A stretch of DNA of 64,000 bases from an uncultured Planctomycetota bacterium (GTDB lineage: Bacteria > Planctomycetota > Planctomycetia > Isosphaerales > Isosphaeraceae): positions 722,742 through 786,741 of the forward strand of contig CAWJTV010000020.1 of the NCBI GenBank assembly GCA_963845755.1, given 5' to 3'. Shown here in pieces: positions 1-11,258 of this stretch (position 1 is its first letter; each line of letters opens with the position of its first letter). Made by a program: the position numbers and the translations under genes. The notes beneath the pieces are model-generated. The model saw nothing but the letters and a program-made list of their open reading frames with translations, did no database searches and had not been told where the DNA came from.

Positions 1-494
1 CCGGCCCCGCCTGCCCGTCTTGTACCTCGTCACGTGCCTGCGATAACCTCCGAATCAGGTTAATTTCAGGACGTCCGATTCAAGCCAGGACCGGCACCCT
101 TGGGGTGCACCGTTCAGCCCAGACCCGCAAATCAACGCCGCCCTCAAGGAGTGAGGAGCCGAACCATGGAGTCTCCCTCTGATAAGAACAGTAAACTGTT
201 CGCTCTACAGAGACTGTTGGGTCTGTGAAGGCTGGTCGGTAAAAAGATACTGGATAATTTGGGAAAATCAAATAGTTAATGTCAACTTGGCAGAACTAAG
301 ACTCTCTCCTGCCTCTCTTCCACTCCTGGGCTGGCAAAGTAAGACCAGGTAGGCAATGTAAGCTAAATGTGAGGGGACTGGATCCGTTCGCGTGAACTGG
401 CGTTGAGTCGCACGATTTCGCCCATTCGATTGGCTTCACGTTCTTGGAATCCGAATCGAGCCGTGCGGGGACGTAAGGCGGCACTGCGTTCTTC

Positions 495-536
495 ACGAAC
501 ACCGTTCTTGACGAACACTGTTCGTTACAATAAACT
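495..536 (+). promoter_or_regulatory. sigma70-like promoter overlapped by TetR-type operators
   Basis: TTGACG (508-513), 17-bp spacer, TAAACT (531-536). Perfect palindrome ACGAACA-C-TGTTCGT (511-525) and an imperfect copy (495-509) lie just upstream of the TetR ATG at 544, so the mRNA is probably leaderless. Confidence 0.6.
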
Positions 537-644
537 GTTTGGCATGAGCGACAGAATCCCTCGCGAAATCATCAGCCGCCGGAACCGGCCAGCGAAGGCT
601 CCCTTGAGCCGGGACATTATTGTTTCGACAGCACTAGTGCTCTG

Positions 645-1344
645 TCACAGCTTAATTTTGGGGTAGATCGACTTCAATTTGGAGCGGGCATCGTCGATCT
701 TCATCTGCCAATCCACTCCGCGCTGGGTGCTGTTGACGTCGGTTGACCAAGCGGTGGTCTCCACTCGCAGCGCCTGGGCATCACCGAAGCGGCGGCCGGC
801 TATACACTGCCGCGTCAACGAGCTGAGCTCGTTCTCGGCGATGTTCAGCCAACTGCCGTGCTTGGGGGTGTAGCAGAACTCGATGCGGCGGACCAACTGG
901 CGAGCACGGGGCGGTGCAAAGACTTCGTAGAAGGCACCCTTGGTGTGCGTGTTCAAGTTGTCGCATACCACGATCACTCGCTCGGCACTGGCATAACGGC
1001 CCTCCAACAGCGCGGCCATCTCGATCGCCCAGTCGACCTTGGTCTTGGTATCCCGGACGGCCACCTCGCGCCAGCCCGCCAGCGGCTCGGTGAACATAAA
1101 GATGTTCGCCGTCCCGGCACGCTCGTATTCGTAGTCGAACGCGCTTGGCGTGTCGGCGCGTGGCAGGGATCGGCACGCGGGACTCCTTCAGCAATTGCAC
1201 CGGCTGTTCGTCCATGGACAGGATCGGCCGCATCGAGTCGTAAGGCTTGGCGTAGGTCTCCAGCACCTCTTCCATGTGGGCCACGAACTCGCCGTCGGCC
1301 TCGGGCGGGATGACCCAGTACTCGATCTTGCGGTTGGTCATCCC
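645..1344 (-). CDS. IS630 transposase catalytic (DDE) part
   Basis: SMDEQP, VCDNLNTH and YTPKHGSWLNIAENE motifs; one indel near 1140. Confidence 0.88.
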
Positions 1345-1353
1345 GTTTTTTTC

Positions 1354-3066
1354 TAGGCTGGCAAAGTTAGCTGGAGGCAGCGGTGCTCCAAGTCCTTGAG
1401 GTAGGCCTCGGGATTGTGGCGGAACCGGCGTTGCTTCCGCCGCGATTCCCGCCGCACCTCCAGTTCCGCGCCAGTTCCTTCCAATCCTCAACATAGCCCG
1501 GGCTCAACACCAAGCCTTCGTCCGGCCGCAGCCGCGTCGCCAGCCCCGAGATCACCCGCGCCGAGCCCATCACCACCAGGCCCGGCGACCCCCGACGCCG
1601 ACCGCTGGCCCGGCGCTCGTGGTAGCGATGACTGCCGAAGGTGTGCTCCAGGTCGTTATTCGTCCGCGGCAGATCCGACGACTCGTAGCAGGCAAACAAG
1701 CCCGGCCAGTAGCTCCGGGTCACCTTCACGAACTGCTTCAAACCCGCCCGCACCGTGGGCTCGGTCTGTCGTCGCCGCCGCCCGGCGCATCCGCGCCAGC
1801 AGTTGCACCAGCCGCCGCCGCACTTTCTTCGCCGGCAGCCCCTCCTCGTTCTTGAGGATCCGGGCGGCGCCGCTTGACCCATTGGTACGACTCCCGCACC
1901 GCCGGGAACAGCGCGGCCGTCTCCTCCAGCCCGCGCCGCAGCAATTGCCTCAGCCGTTTCAAGCCCCCGGGCAGGTCGCCCGCCGTGGCGACGACATGGT
2001 CCAGGCTGGCGGCAATCCGGCTCAATCGATCCTGCCGCTTCAGCCCGGAGGCCGACAGCGGTGGCAGTCCGTCGTCGGTCAAGGCCCCGCGCACCGCGGC
2101 GCAGTAGTCCCGCACCACCTCCGCCTCCGCGTCCTCCGCGTCGTCCTCCAGCGTCCTTCTCCGCCGCACGCTCGATCTTCCGGATGCCCCGCACCCGCTT
2201 CTTCAACTCTTTCTTGGCGTGGCGATCCGCCTCGTAGATCGGCTTGGCCGCCTCGCGGAGGTAGTGGAAATGGCAGAGCTGATGGGGGACACCTTTGAGG
2301 GCCATAGCCACGGCGTTGCGGATGCTCTCCTGACCGTCGGAGACCACGCCGGTGATCGGCACCGGCAGGGCCTTCCGCACCTGGTCGATCAGGCCGGCCA
2401 GGTCCTGGGCCGTGGACGACAGCAGGCTCTTGGCCAGGAGGATCTCGCCGGAGAGGCAGTCGCGCAGCACCCAGAGGACCTCGTGGCCGACATCCGGCTG
2501 CAGGCCGTCGATGGCCAGGATGACGCGGCCCTGCGGGCGCAACAGCGGACCGAGTCGCTGGGGATCGGCCGTGGCCAGGGACCGCAGCTCGTCGTAGCGG
2601 TCCAACAGGTTGGTGACGGTGCGTTCGGCCAGGATGAGCCCGCGGTGCGTGAGCTCGCGGTGGATCTCGGGGATGCTGCGGTGCTCGGCATAGCGGAGCC
2701 GGCCCACCAGGGCCATGACGTCGAGGCCGAACTCGTGATAGGGCAAGGCGAAGTGGGGCTCAGCCTCGGGGCGGTAGGGTCGGAGGAAGCGGGAGCAGGC
2801 GGGATTGGGGCAGCGTCGGATCGTCAGGGTCAGCCGGAAGACGCCGTCGAGGGTGCTGATGGTGCGAAAGTTGTTGTAGTCGGCACCGGTCCGGTGCCGG
2901 CACTCGGGGCAGTTCAAGAGGACCGGGGTGAGGGTTAGGTCGCGATCGGGTTGCGGTCGAGGTCGTCGTCGTTTGTGGTTGCGCATGGAAAGCCTCCTCT
3001 GCTCTGTTCTGTTCTTACGTCCATTATACCAAGCCGAGGGGCTTCCCAGCTACTTTTGCTATCCTA
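1354..3066 (-). mobile_element. IS256/mutator-like IS nested in the IS630
   Basis: IRs TAGGCTGGCAAAGTTAGCTGG / CCAGCTACTTTTGCTATCCTA. 9-bp direct repeat GTTTTTTTC at 1345-1353 and 3067-3075. Confidence 0.85.
1367..2986 (-). CDS. DDE transposase (mutator/IS256-like), with indels
   Basis: N-terminal CPEC/CPNPAC Zn motifs; AIDGLQ, VVSDGQESI, HQLCHFH and LPRTNNDLE motifs. Confidence 0.8.
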   Translation of the reverse strand: MRNHKRRRPRPQPDRDLTLTPVLLNCPECRHRTGADYNNFRTISTLDGVFRLTLTIRRCPNPACSRFLRPYRPEAEPHFALPYHEFGLDVMALVGRLRYAEHRSIPEIHRELTHRGLILAERTVTNLLDRYDELRSLATADPQRLGPLLRPQGRVILAIDGLQPDVGHEVLWVLRDCLSGEILLAKSLLSSTAQDLAGLIDQVRKALPVPITGVVSDGQESIRNAVAMALKGVPHQLCHFHYLREAAKPIYEADRHAKKELKKRVRGIRKIERAAEKDAGGRRGGRGGGGGAGLLRRGARGLDRRRTATAVGLRAEAAGSIEPDCRQPGPCRRHGGRPARGLETAEAIAAARAGGDGRAVPGGAGVVPMGQAAPPGSSRTRRGCRRRKCGGGWCNCWRGCAGRRRRQTEPTVRAGLKQFVKVTRSYWPGLFACYESSDLPRTNNDLEHTFGSHRYHERRASGRRRGSPGLVVMGSARVISGLATRLRPDEGLVLSPGYVEDWKELARNWRCGGNRGGSNAGSATIPRPTSRTWSTAASS

Positions 3067-3503
3067 GTTTTTTTCAGAGTCCGCCGCACCGTCTCGTAAC
3101 TGACGGTTTCGACGATCCCCAGTTCCACCACCTTTCGAGCTAAGAGCCGCAGCGTCCAGTTGGCATAACCCGGGGGCGGTGACCCGAGCCGTGTGGCGAT
3201 GATCTTCGCCTCCTGTTCGCCGTTGAGTCGCTTCTCGACCGGCGGCATCTGGCGCCTGCTGCGGTCCAATGCCTCTCGAAAGCCGTACTCCACGAGACGC
3301 TGACGAATGTTCTCGACGGTCTGCGTTCGGCATCCGAACGCCTCGGCGATGCGACGATCGGTCCAGTTCGGACCGTCCGCATCGGCCTTGAACAGGATCT
3401 GGGCGCGTCGAACCTTCTCGCTGGTTCCCTTCAACTTCTTGATCACGGCCGCCAACTCGTCCCGTTCCTCAGCCGTAAGCCGGACAATGTACTTCTTGTT
3501 CAT
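3067..3503 (-). CDS. IS630 transposase N-terminal HTH part
   Basis: MNKKYIVRLTAEER...WTLRLLA...SYETVRRTLKK, ending at the A7C slippery site. Confidence 0.88.
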
Positions 3504-4231
3504 GGGGGCCTCCTTGTTCCCCGTATCATCCACGGTCGCGGAGGTTTCCCCAACCCCAATTTTTAGCTGTGACAAAGCACTAGTCATTCTTGAGAAAGAC
3601 GGCCTTGCCGGATTGAGCCTTCGGCGAGTTGCGACCGCATTGGATACTGGCGCGGCATCGCTTTATGTCTACCTGGCAAATCTCGACGAGCTGTATGCCC
3701 TGATGCTCGACGAAGCACTGGCGGCGGTCAAATTGCCCGAAGCTCTCGACCTACCCTGGCGGGATCGGTTGAAGACAATTCTCCTATCATATTTCTATGT
3801 TCTCAATGAACGGCAGGGCTTGGCTCAACTTGCCATGTCGACAATTGCCACTGGCCCCAATTCACTGCGCATTTGGGAACGCCTCCTTGGTATTCTCAAG
3901 GAGGGCGGAGTGGATGATGTACGAGCCGTTTGGGTTGTAAACCTGTTACTCTTGTACGTCACGGCCATTGTCGCCGAACAGAGCAATTGGCGCGCGATTG
4001 GCCAAGACCTTGGGCGAGTGAAGAGCGCGTTATCTAATATATCTGTGGAGCAGTTTCCCATCGTATCCGCGCTTTTTCGGGGGGGAATTCTCTCAGGCGG
4101 TGGCGACAGCGAAAGCCGCGTACTGTGGGCGCTCGATGTCATCATCAACGGCATCAAGGCCGACCACGCGCCGCCGCCTCGTATCGCCACGTAACGAAGA
4201 CCACCGAGTACACGAACTCTGGAGAACTCCC

Positions 4232-4378
4232 GTGAAGCAGTCCGCGCCCACCGCAATCGCCGACTTCGATCGAGCCTATCGTTTCCCCTTCACGTTCTGG
4301 GGCGACATTCGCATTCCCAAGGAGGTCGAAGCACTGTTCAGTTGGAACCTGCGGGCAGCGTCCTGGAACTGGGATGTC
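4232..4378 (+). pseudogene. 5' fragment of a class I SAM methyltransferase
   Basis: GGAGA RBS and GTG start. After a 1-nt shift it reads LEPAGSVLELGC (motif I), then runs into the 3' end of the convergent gene. Confidence 0.45.
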
Positions 4379-5495
4379 TTACTGCCGGTGGCGGTAGCTC
4401 GACGTTCCGATCCGCTGGAGCCGTGTAGATGCCTGGCTTGCCATCGATCGTGTAGACGATAATCAAGGTCTTCTTGACCCCGAAGTCGGCGTCGGGTTGG
4501 AAGTCGTATTCGGGGGAGGCGACCTTCAGTCGGTTCTCACGGACGAGGTTCCGGGCTGGCACCGTGATGTCGTTCCATTGATCGCCTACGCCGATCTCTG
4601 CGCGGATAATGTGAAATCCCCGAGGGTCGCTGGTCTCGGAGTCACCGAGATTGGCGCGGTCGGCCTCTGCAACGATTTCCTGGCGCCTGGCGGCGTCCTT
4701 CTTCGAGATCGCCTTGCTCGCTCTGTCAAGTTCTTCGAGATACTTGCGACGAGTCATTTTAATGTCGTTGTCGTAACGCTCGTTCAGCTTTTTGAGGGAA
4801 GCCTGGAACGTGCCCCGCGCCGCCTGCAACGCAGGGGTGTGCGGTGGTTCGGCCGTCTCGAGTGGTTCGATCCGGACTCTGACAAAGATCGGCCAGCGGT
4901 GGTCCGACTTGAAGTCAAACCACACGACATACTCCTTCCCCGCCTGAAGCTTGCGGCCATAGAGTCGATAATGCGTCCAGAGATTCGGCTGCGGAAGGTC
5001 GAGGCCGGGGATCGTGACGTTCATCTTGTCTGAGGGATAGGTAAACATCATATCTTCGCCGTTGACTTCCACGATACCGAGCGCTCGGAACGGCTGATCC
5101 TCGAAGCTTTCGCCTGAAACAGCGAACGACCAGAACAGTTGATACGTTCGACCCGCCGAAGGAACGCGAAAACGGAACGCGTCGAAGCCGCCGCCACGGG
5201 CATTCATCGTCACTTTCGCGTATCGTGCCTTGCCGCCGACCATCGCCGGGATCTCGGCGAATGACGCACGATACTGGGAGACCAGCGCCTTGAACTCCTG
5301 TTCCGCCGCGACCCTGGTCGACTGATCCTGAAGGTTGCTGATCCGTAAGCGGAATTCATGGGCTTTGGCAAGGGCCGCTCTCACCTCGCGAGGGCCGCGA
5401 TTGCTCTGTTTTTTCGGGACCTGGCCCACGCTATTCGAGGCGAACACCAGAGAGGCCGTCGTCACCAGGGCGAGCGTCTTGTGAGTTACCGACAT
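4338..5495 (-). CDS. secreted hypothetical protein with C-terminal DUF3395-like motif
   Basis: Signal-peptide-like N-terminus MSVTHKTLALV; C-terminal DADFGVKKTLIIVY; paralogous to the neighbouring gene. Confidence 0.6.
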   Translation of the reverse strand: MSVTHKTLALVTTASLVFASNSVGQVPKKQSNRGPREVRAALAKAHEFRLRISNLQDQSTRVAAEQEFKALVSQYRASFAEIPAMVGGKARYAKVTMNARGGGFDAFRFRVPSAGRTYQLFWSFAVSGESFEDQPFRALGIVEVNGEDMMFTYPSDKMNVTIPGLDLPQPNLWTHYRLYGRKLQAGKEYVVWFDFKSDHRWPIFVRVRIEPLETAEPPHTPALQAARGTFQASLKKLNERYDNDIKMTRRKYLEELDRASKAISKKDAARRQEIVAEADRANLGDSETSDPRGFHIIRAEIGVGDQWNDITVPARNLVRENRLKVASPEYDFQPDADFGVKKTLIIVYTIDGKPGIYTAPADRNVELPPPAVRHPSSRTLPAGSN

Positions 5496-5508
5496 GTCTT
5501 CGCCCCTT

Positions 5509-6666
5509 TCAAGGTTGGTAAGAGTCGACGGGGGGAATCCGGTCCAGGATTGGGGCCGTGGGAGGCAACTCGACCCGTTGCTTGTCGGCGGTGATCGAAA
5601 CGCCCGTGTTGCCATTGAGCGAATAAACGATGATCAAACGCTTGACAACGCCATAAGCAGGATCGTTCTTGAAGTTGACGTCGGTGCCCAGGCCAAACCT
5701 CAAGACATCACCCCGGACCAGCGGCCGGAGTTCGTCGGTAACGTCGTCCCAGCGCTCGTCGATACCATAACGCGCGCTGAGAATTTGAAATCCACGGCGG
5801 TCGGGAACACCGGGGTCGTCGCGAACGATTTCGTCGGCCTCGGCCGCAATCCGATCAGCTTCTGGTCGATCCTCCCGCTGGGCTGCCGTTCCCGCCTTTT
5901 CGAGTTCGGCGAGCTAGACCTTGCGCAGTCCCTTCAGTTCGGTGTCGTACTTCTGGTTGAGCGACCGAAGCGTGGTCTAATATCTGTCCTGGGCTCTTGG
6001 GAGCCCCGCCATCCGCTGCGAGGCCGTCGCTCCGGCGGGGGTCAACGCGAGCTTCACGAGGGCCGGTGTGACCTGATCATTCTTGAGGTCGATCCAGACG
6101 ATGTATTCCGAATCCGGCCGAAGCGGCCCACTCATATGCGAGCTGGCGCAGTAGTTCTCCTCGGGGAAGCCACTGCTTGGGAGATAGAAATCGTCGCGGC
6201 GATTAAAGCCGTTGACGACGGGTGCGGGTCCGTCGACGCCCACAAGATCCCAACTCTTCAGGTTCCTGGTCTGATCGTTACCCGGGACGACGATTTCCAA
6301 ACAAAGCGTGTACGTCTCGCCTGTCGCCGGCGTCCGGAATCTGACCGCGTCGAATCCCGCTCCGGTCGAGTTGAGGACGACTCGGACAAACCGAACCTGA
6401 TCCCCACGGCCCGCAGGAATCTCCTGGAGTCCCCGTCGTGCCGCGCGGACGATCGGTCCCAGGGCCGCATCCAGGGTTGCTTTCGCCGTCTCGTCCTTGG
6501 TCTGCCACCATTTCGCACGATTTTCGTGGCCCTGCGCGAGGATCTTACGCATCTGATCCCGATGCGCCTGGAGCTGTTGCAACGGATTCGAATAGGTCAC
6601 GCCGGATACCAGGACCAGGAATAACGTTGTCGCCGCAAGTGTCAAGGAGCAGGCGCGAGGTGTCAT
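5509..6666 (-). CDS. secreted hypothetical protein, paralog of 4338-5495 (frameshifted)
   Basis: Signal peptide; shared motifs GFDAVRFRTP, EYIVWIDLK and DPAYGVVKRLIIVY across ORF pieces 5977-6666 and 5509-5703. Confidence 0.6.
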
Positions 6667-7091
6667 GGGACTCCTCTCCGGCTAGGTTTTGCTCGGTTTC
6701 GTCTCACAAGGTTCAATCGCTCAAGTCTTGACCATTTGCAGGATAGCAAGAGCCACGAGTAGCTCGCAAATCGCGGCACATCTCGCTCTCGGGTCGTGGA
6801 AGGAGCTCCACGATCCCAAGATCCCCTCCGATCTCGCAGCAAAAGACAGGCCAACCAAGGTGGTGCGCGGGGCCGCTTATCATTCACGGGCGCGGGACTT
6901 TATGGCTGCCGGCAGGTCCTGTGACCCACGAGAAACGGAGAGATCGGCGCACGGCCGGCGTCGCGATCGGGCACTAATCGGTCCGGCCCTCTCTCGTGAT
7001 GGGTCGGCTCTGGCGGGGGTTGGGTAATCTGGTAGGATGATTGGCCGTTGACAGGTGTCAGATGGGCCGATCGGATCAGGGTGGGACGGCG

Positions 7092-7802
7092 ATGGGATCG
7101 GATTGCGAGGGAGGGGATGGGGTGGCGATCCGGGCAGTCGAGGTACGGAAGGTGTACGGGACGAAGGACGCCCAGGTCGAGGCTCTGCGGGGGATCTCGA
7201 TCGAGATCGCGGGCGGTGAGCGGGTGGCGCTGCTGGGCAAGTCGGGGTCGGGGAAGTCGACGTTATTGAACCTGCTGGGCGGTCTCGACCGGCCCAGCTC
7301 GGGCGGACTGCGGGTCGGCGGCCGGGACCTCCACCAACTCTCGGGGCGCGAGATGGCCCGGTTCCGGTCGACGACCGTTGGCATGATCTTCCAGTCGTTC
7401 AACCTGATCGGCTCGAGGTCGGCTGTTCAGAACGTTGAACTGCCGATGGTCTTCGCGGGCCGATCGCTGCGCGAACGGCTGGCCGCGGCCCGAGGGGCGC
7501 TGGAGGCGGTCGGGCTCGGGGCGAGGCTGAATCATCGGCCGGATCAGTTGAGCGGAGGCGAGAGCCAGCGGGTCGCCATTGCGCGGGCGCTGGTCAACCG
7601 GCCTCGGGTCATTCTGGCCGACGAGCCGACAGGGAACCTTGACAGCCAGACGGCGCAGCAGGTCATGGCCCTGATCCTCGACCACGTCCGCGAGCACGCC
7701 GCCACCCTCGTGCTCGTCACCCACGACGAGGAGCTGGCCGCGAGCTGCACGGACCGGGTCATCCGGCTGGTCGACGGCCGGATTGCGGCAGCGGGCATTT
7801 GA
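7092..7802 (+). CDS. ABC transporter ATP-binding protein (LolD/MacB-like)
   Basis: Walker A GKSGSGKST, LSGGESQRVAIARAL, ILADEPTGNLD. Confidence 0.93.
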   Translation: MGSDCEGGDGVAIRAVEVRKVYGTKDAQVEALRGISIEIAGGERVALLGKSGSGKSTLLNLLGGLDRPSSGGLRVGGRDLHQLSGREMARFRSTTVGMIFQSFNLIGSRSAVQNVELPMVFAGRSLRERLAAARGALEAVGLGARLNHRPDQLSGGESQRVAIARALVNRPRVILADEPTGNLDSQTAQQVMALILDHVREHAATLVLVTHDEELAASCTDRVIRLVDGRIAAAGI

Positions 7803-7827
7803 TCGGCAGTGGATGGAGGATCGCCTC

Positions 7828-9373
7828 GTGCGTTGGTTCGACTTGCTCCGATTGCCCCTGGCCTCGCTGGGCCAGCAGAAGATGCGCACATGCCTGACGA
7901 CCCTGGGTGTCGTCTTCGGCGCGTTTGTACTCGCCGCGAGCCTGTCGATCGACGAGGGGGTCCAGCAGACGATCGAACGCGAGGCGAACAAGGGAGACGC
8001 CTTACGGAAGGTGTCGGTCTCTCCGGGGTGGCGGGCAGTCGAGACCGCGGCGGCGGACGACGTGAAGGTTGCCGGGCGGATGTCGCCGGATCGCCGCGAG
8101 CGAATCCGCAAGGTCCTCGCCGAGCGTGCCAGGCCGAGTCGTTCCCGCCGGGAGTCGGTCCCCCTGACCCAGGACCGGCTGGAAACGCTTTCGCGCATCC
8201 CTCACGTCCGGCAGATGATCCCGATCGTCGGCAGCCCGGTCGTCGCGACTCTGGGCAACAGGCCCGAGGAGGCGAGCGTCTCGTCCGGCGCCGGCGAGGA
8301 ACCGGAGTTCCGCAAGCGGGTCATCGTCGGCCGGTCGTTCGACTCGGACGACGAGAGATCGGTATTGCTCTCGGAGATGTTCGCGTACCGGATCGGGCTG
8401 ATCGACGACGCGGACCTGGACCAGGTCCTCGGCAAGCCCCTGCGGATCGAGATTCGGGGCCAGGAAGATGGGCCGAGCTTCCAAGTCGTGCTATCGGATC
8501 GGTCGAAAGCCAGCGGCAGCCGAGAGGAGCAAGCGGCGCTGCACCAGCTCGCCTGGCAGATCCCGGGGGCGCTCGACAGATTTAGCCTGACCGACGAGGA
8601 GAGTGCAGCCCTGCGGAAGGCGATCCGGCGAGAATCGGCGAAGGTTGACTCGGTCGTCGTCGCCGACGACTTCCGGGTCGTCGGGATCTTCCGCGAGTTG
8701 ACCGACGATGAGGAGAAGGACGCCTGGAGCCAAATTCCCGCCTACACGGACCTTGTGCTGCCCCGGCGAACGGCGGTCGACCTGATGTTCCGCGACCCAG
8801 CCCGTCGCGAGGGGGGTGTCGACCGGGCGGTCCTGCTTGTCGACGAGATGAGTAACGCCAAGGAGGTCCTCAACACGGTCGAATCGCTCGGCATGGACGG
8901 CAGTTCGATCGTCGGTCGCATCGAGCGCGAGCGGCTGACTTACCTGCTCATCTTCGGCGGGATGACGTGCGTGGCCGCGGTGGCCCTGCTCGTGTCGTCG
9001 CTCGGGATCGCCAACACGATGCTGATGAGCGTCCTGGAACGGCGGAGGGAGATCGGCATCATGAAGGCCGTCGGCGCGGCGAACTGGCAGCTCCAGGCCG
9101 TGTATGTCATCGAGGGGGGCCTGATCGGCCTGATCGGCGGGTTGCTCGGCCTGGGGCTGGCCTGGTTGATCTCGTTCCCGGGCGACGGGTGGGTTCGCTC
9201 GATGGTCCACCGCGACATGAACATTGAGCTCTCGGGCTCGATCTTCGCCTTCCCGCGCCTGGATCGGCGTGACGGTCCTCGTGTTCACCGTCGGCGTGAC
9301 AATCGTCGCGGCGCTTTATCCCTCCCGGCGCGCGGCGATGCTTGACCCTGTCTCGGCGCTCCGGCACGACTGA
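7828..9373 (+). CDS. ABC transporter permease (MacB/FtsX family)
   Basis: RTCLTTLGVVFG N-terminal TM; GIANTMLMSVLERRREIGIMKAVGA; ends LDPVSALRHD after an indel near 9260. Confidence 0.9.
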
Positions 9374-9446
9374 TCGGCCCGACCGGGCCCGGCACGTCAC
9401 GGTACCCGTTCTCGAGTCGAGGGTGAGAAGCGTAGAGAATTACGTC

Positions 9447-9556
9447 GAGCCGCGAGCGTGCTCTGAAGGTGCGTCGGTCGATCGGACCGAATCCGGTTAG
9501 AACCCTGCGACGGCACCACCGGTGACGAGCGCAGGTTCAAGTCCGCGACGCGGCTC
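9447..9556 (+). ncRNA. degenerate tRNA-like structure
   Basis: GAGCCGCG/CGCGGCTC terminal stem, CCGGT/ACCGG stem with a ~20-nt loop, T-arm-like GCAGGTTCAAGTCC. Confidence 0.3.
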
Positions 9557-9794
9557 CGTTTGGGCTCGGCGTTGGTCTGGCACCCGGACACGGATCCTGG
9601 GCGAGGCCGAATCTCGGCCCAAACGAAACCTTACCGCTGTCGGGCGGGACGTGGGAGGTGGTCAAATCGACATGCGTCCCCGTTCCCGTTCCCGGCGGAG
9701 CCGCCGTGCGCCTCCCGGGCGCTTGCGGCGGCGGTGGGGCAACTGACATTCCCGCCCGTGACCGTCGGGGATATAATGCCGCTGGAGGTGCCTT

Positions 9795-10043
9795 ATGCTT
9801 TCTCACGAAGCCTTGGCCCTGTTTCGCCAGCACATCGAGCGTCACGGGGATATTGAGGTGGATGATTCCAACCGCGAAACGTACCGCGAGCTGGCCCGCG
9901 CCGGGCTGATGGTCGTCGGCAATAGCTTCGCCCGAGGTGAAGAACGCGCGTATCACGTGACCAAGACCGGCTTCGAGCGGAAGGCCGAGCTGCTGGCCGC
10001 TACCGCGCCCTCGCCCGGTTCAGCCGCCGCGCCTCGTCGCTGA
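9795..10043 (+). CDS. small hypothetical protein (possible winged helix)
   Basis: GGAGG RBS; YRELARAGLM...YHVTKTG wHTH-like pattern. Confidence 0.55.
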   Translation: MLSHEALALFRQHIERHGDIEVDDSNRETYRELARAGLMVVGNSFARGEERAYHVTKTGFERKAELLAATAPSPGSAAAPRR

Positions 10044-10372
10044 TCGGCAGTTCCTTCTTCGCGGCGTTCTTGATCGCCTCGGCGTGCTCACCGCCCGCGC
10101 GGATGTCATCATACTCAGGCGCGATGATCGCATCGACGCGGTCCTTCAGCTTCATCTTGGGCCCGATGCGTCCGCCCTTCTGACCCTTCAGCAGCTCAGG
10201 ATTCCTCCGAGGGCTGACCTGGCCTACGACGGCGATGAGCGCTTGGCCGTCTACAGTGACCGTGAACTCGGAGCGTGGTTGTATCCACGTGGCTTGACCG
10301 GAATCCCGGTGCACGGGACAATAACACTTGGACAGTTGGGTCGTGACCCCGCCCCTCTCGGAGGAGTCTGCG

Positions 10373-11050
10373 ATGGACGGCGTCCAAGCGGTTGATCTGA
10401 TCGCTTCCTGGCGGAGAATCCTCATCGAGGGGAAAGCCGAGCAGGTCACCTCGATGCTCGAAGACCTGGAGGAGAGGCTCAAGAGTAAGGGATTCGAACG
10501 CGATGCGGAAGCGGAAAAGAAAATGAACTGGCACTCCTACCAGAGGAACAGGGTGCTTTGCTTCGCGGGCGGCCCCAAGGGAGGCCCACGCCTTCTGCTC
10601 TGCCTGAATCGCGCGACAGATCGCAGGGTCCGCGGGGGGACGTACGAACTGATCGACGGCTCTTCCGATGCCGGTCCTGTCGAGGTGGCCGCGGTGGTCG
10701 ACGACGTTATCAGGAACGTGATCGTCCCGTCCACACAAAGCTTCGGCCTCAAGGTGACGCGCCCGCGTCTCGGTCCCAACAGCCTCGTGCAGCCCAGGAC
10801 GATGGCAGCTCTTCTTGCCTTCAGCGACGTTGCGACCGGTGGAGGACTCCCGCTCTCTGAGACATCGGAAGCCGCTTGGCGGAAGTTCCTTATCACCGCG
10901 TCCCAGGAAGACGTTGCTTTCGACAAGGAGGAACTGCGGGACTGGTTCCTCGATAATGGCCGGGAGTCCGAGGACGCTAGCATTCTGACAGAGCGGTTCG
11001 TCCGGGAGGCAAGTCTGCTCGCCGAATACTCCGAGGCCGGTGGGAACTGA
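10373..11050 (+). CDS. hypothetical protein
   Basis: GAGGAG RBS; ~225-aa ORF with protein-like composition. Confidence 0.6.
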   Translation: MDGVQAVDLIASWRRILIEGKAEQVTSMLEDLEERLKSKGFERDAEAEKKMNWHSYQRNRVLCFAGGPKGGPRLLLCLNRATDRRVRGGTYELIDGSSDAGPVEVAAVVDDVIRNVIVPSTQSFGLKVTRPRLGPNSLVQPRTMAALLAFSDVATGGGLPLSETSEAAWRKFLITASQEDVAFDKEELRDWFLDNGRESEDASILTERFVREASLLAEYSEAGGN

Positions 11051-11258
11051 CCGGCATGCCCGATGTCGCCGCGGCTGCCGCCCATATCAAGCGGGCGGTC
11101 GCTCCCGTCGTCTTTCCGATGACCCCAAACGGTTCCCGAACCCTTTCCGATTCGGACCCGCCGATTCACCCTTCTTCTCCCGGCGCGATGCTCATATTAT
11201 GGAGAGAGGAGGAGCCAGATCGATTCGAACCGCGCGGTCCGAGACGAGGAATGACCCG

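Larger units (their letters stand above)
635..3582 (-). mobile_element. IS630-family insertion sequence (carries a nested IS)
   Basis: Inverted ends CTAGTGCTCTGTCACAGCTTAATTTTGGGG / CCCCAATTTTTAGCTGTGACAAAGCACTAG, with CTAG at 634-637 and 3580-3583. HTH ORF plus DDE ORF. Confidence 0.9.
544..4194 (+). pseudogene. TetR/AcrR family regulator split by IS630
   Basis: MSDRIPRE...LSRDIIVSTAL (544-636) joins in frame with VILEKDGLAGLSLRRVATALDTGAASLYVY (3583-4194) when the IS between the CTAG copies is removed. HTH plus TetR_C-like domain. Confidence 0.88.

Noticed and set aside
1..480. Short ORFs and a lower-GC stretch at the window start
   Set aside because: No recognisable product or element end.
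10000..10230. Minus-strand ORF tail (MKLKDRVDAII..)
   Set aside because: It looks protein-like but overlaps a better-supported gene and has no start signal or motif; at most a remnant.
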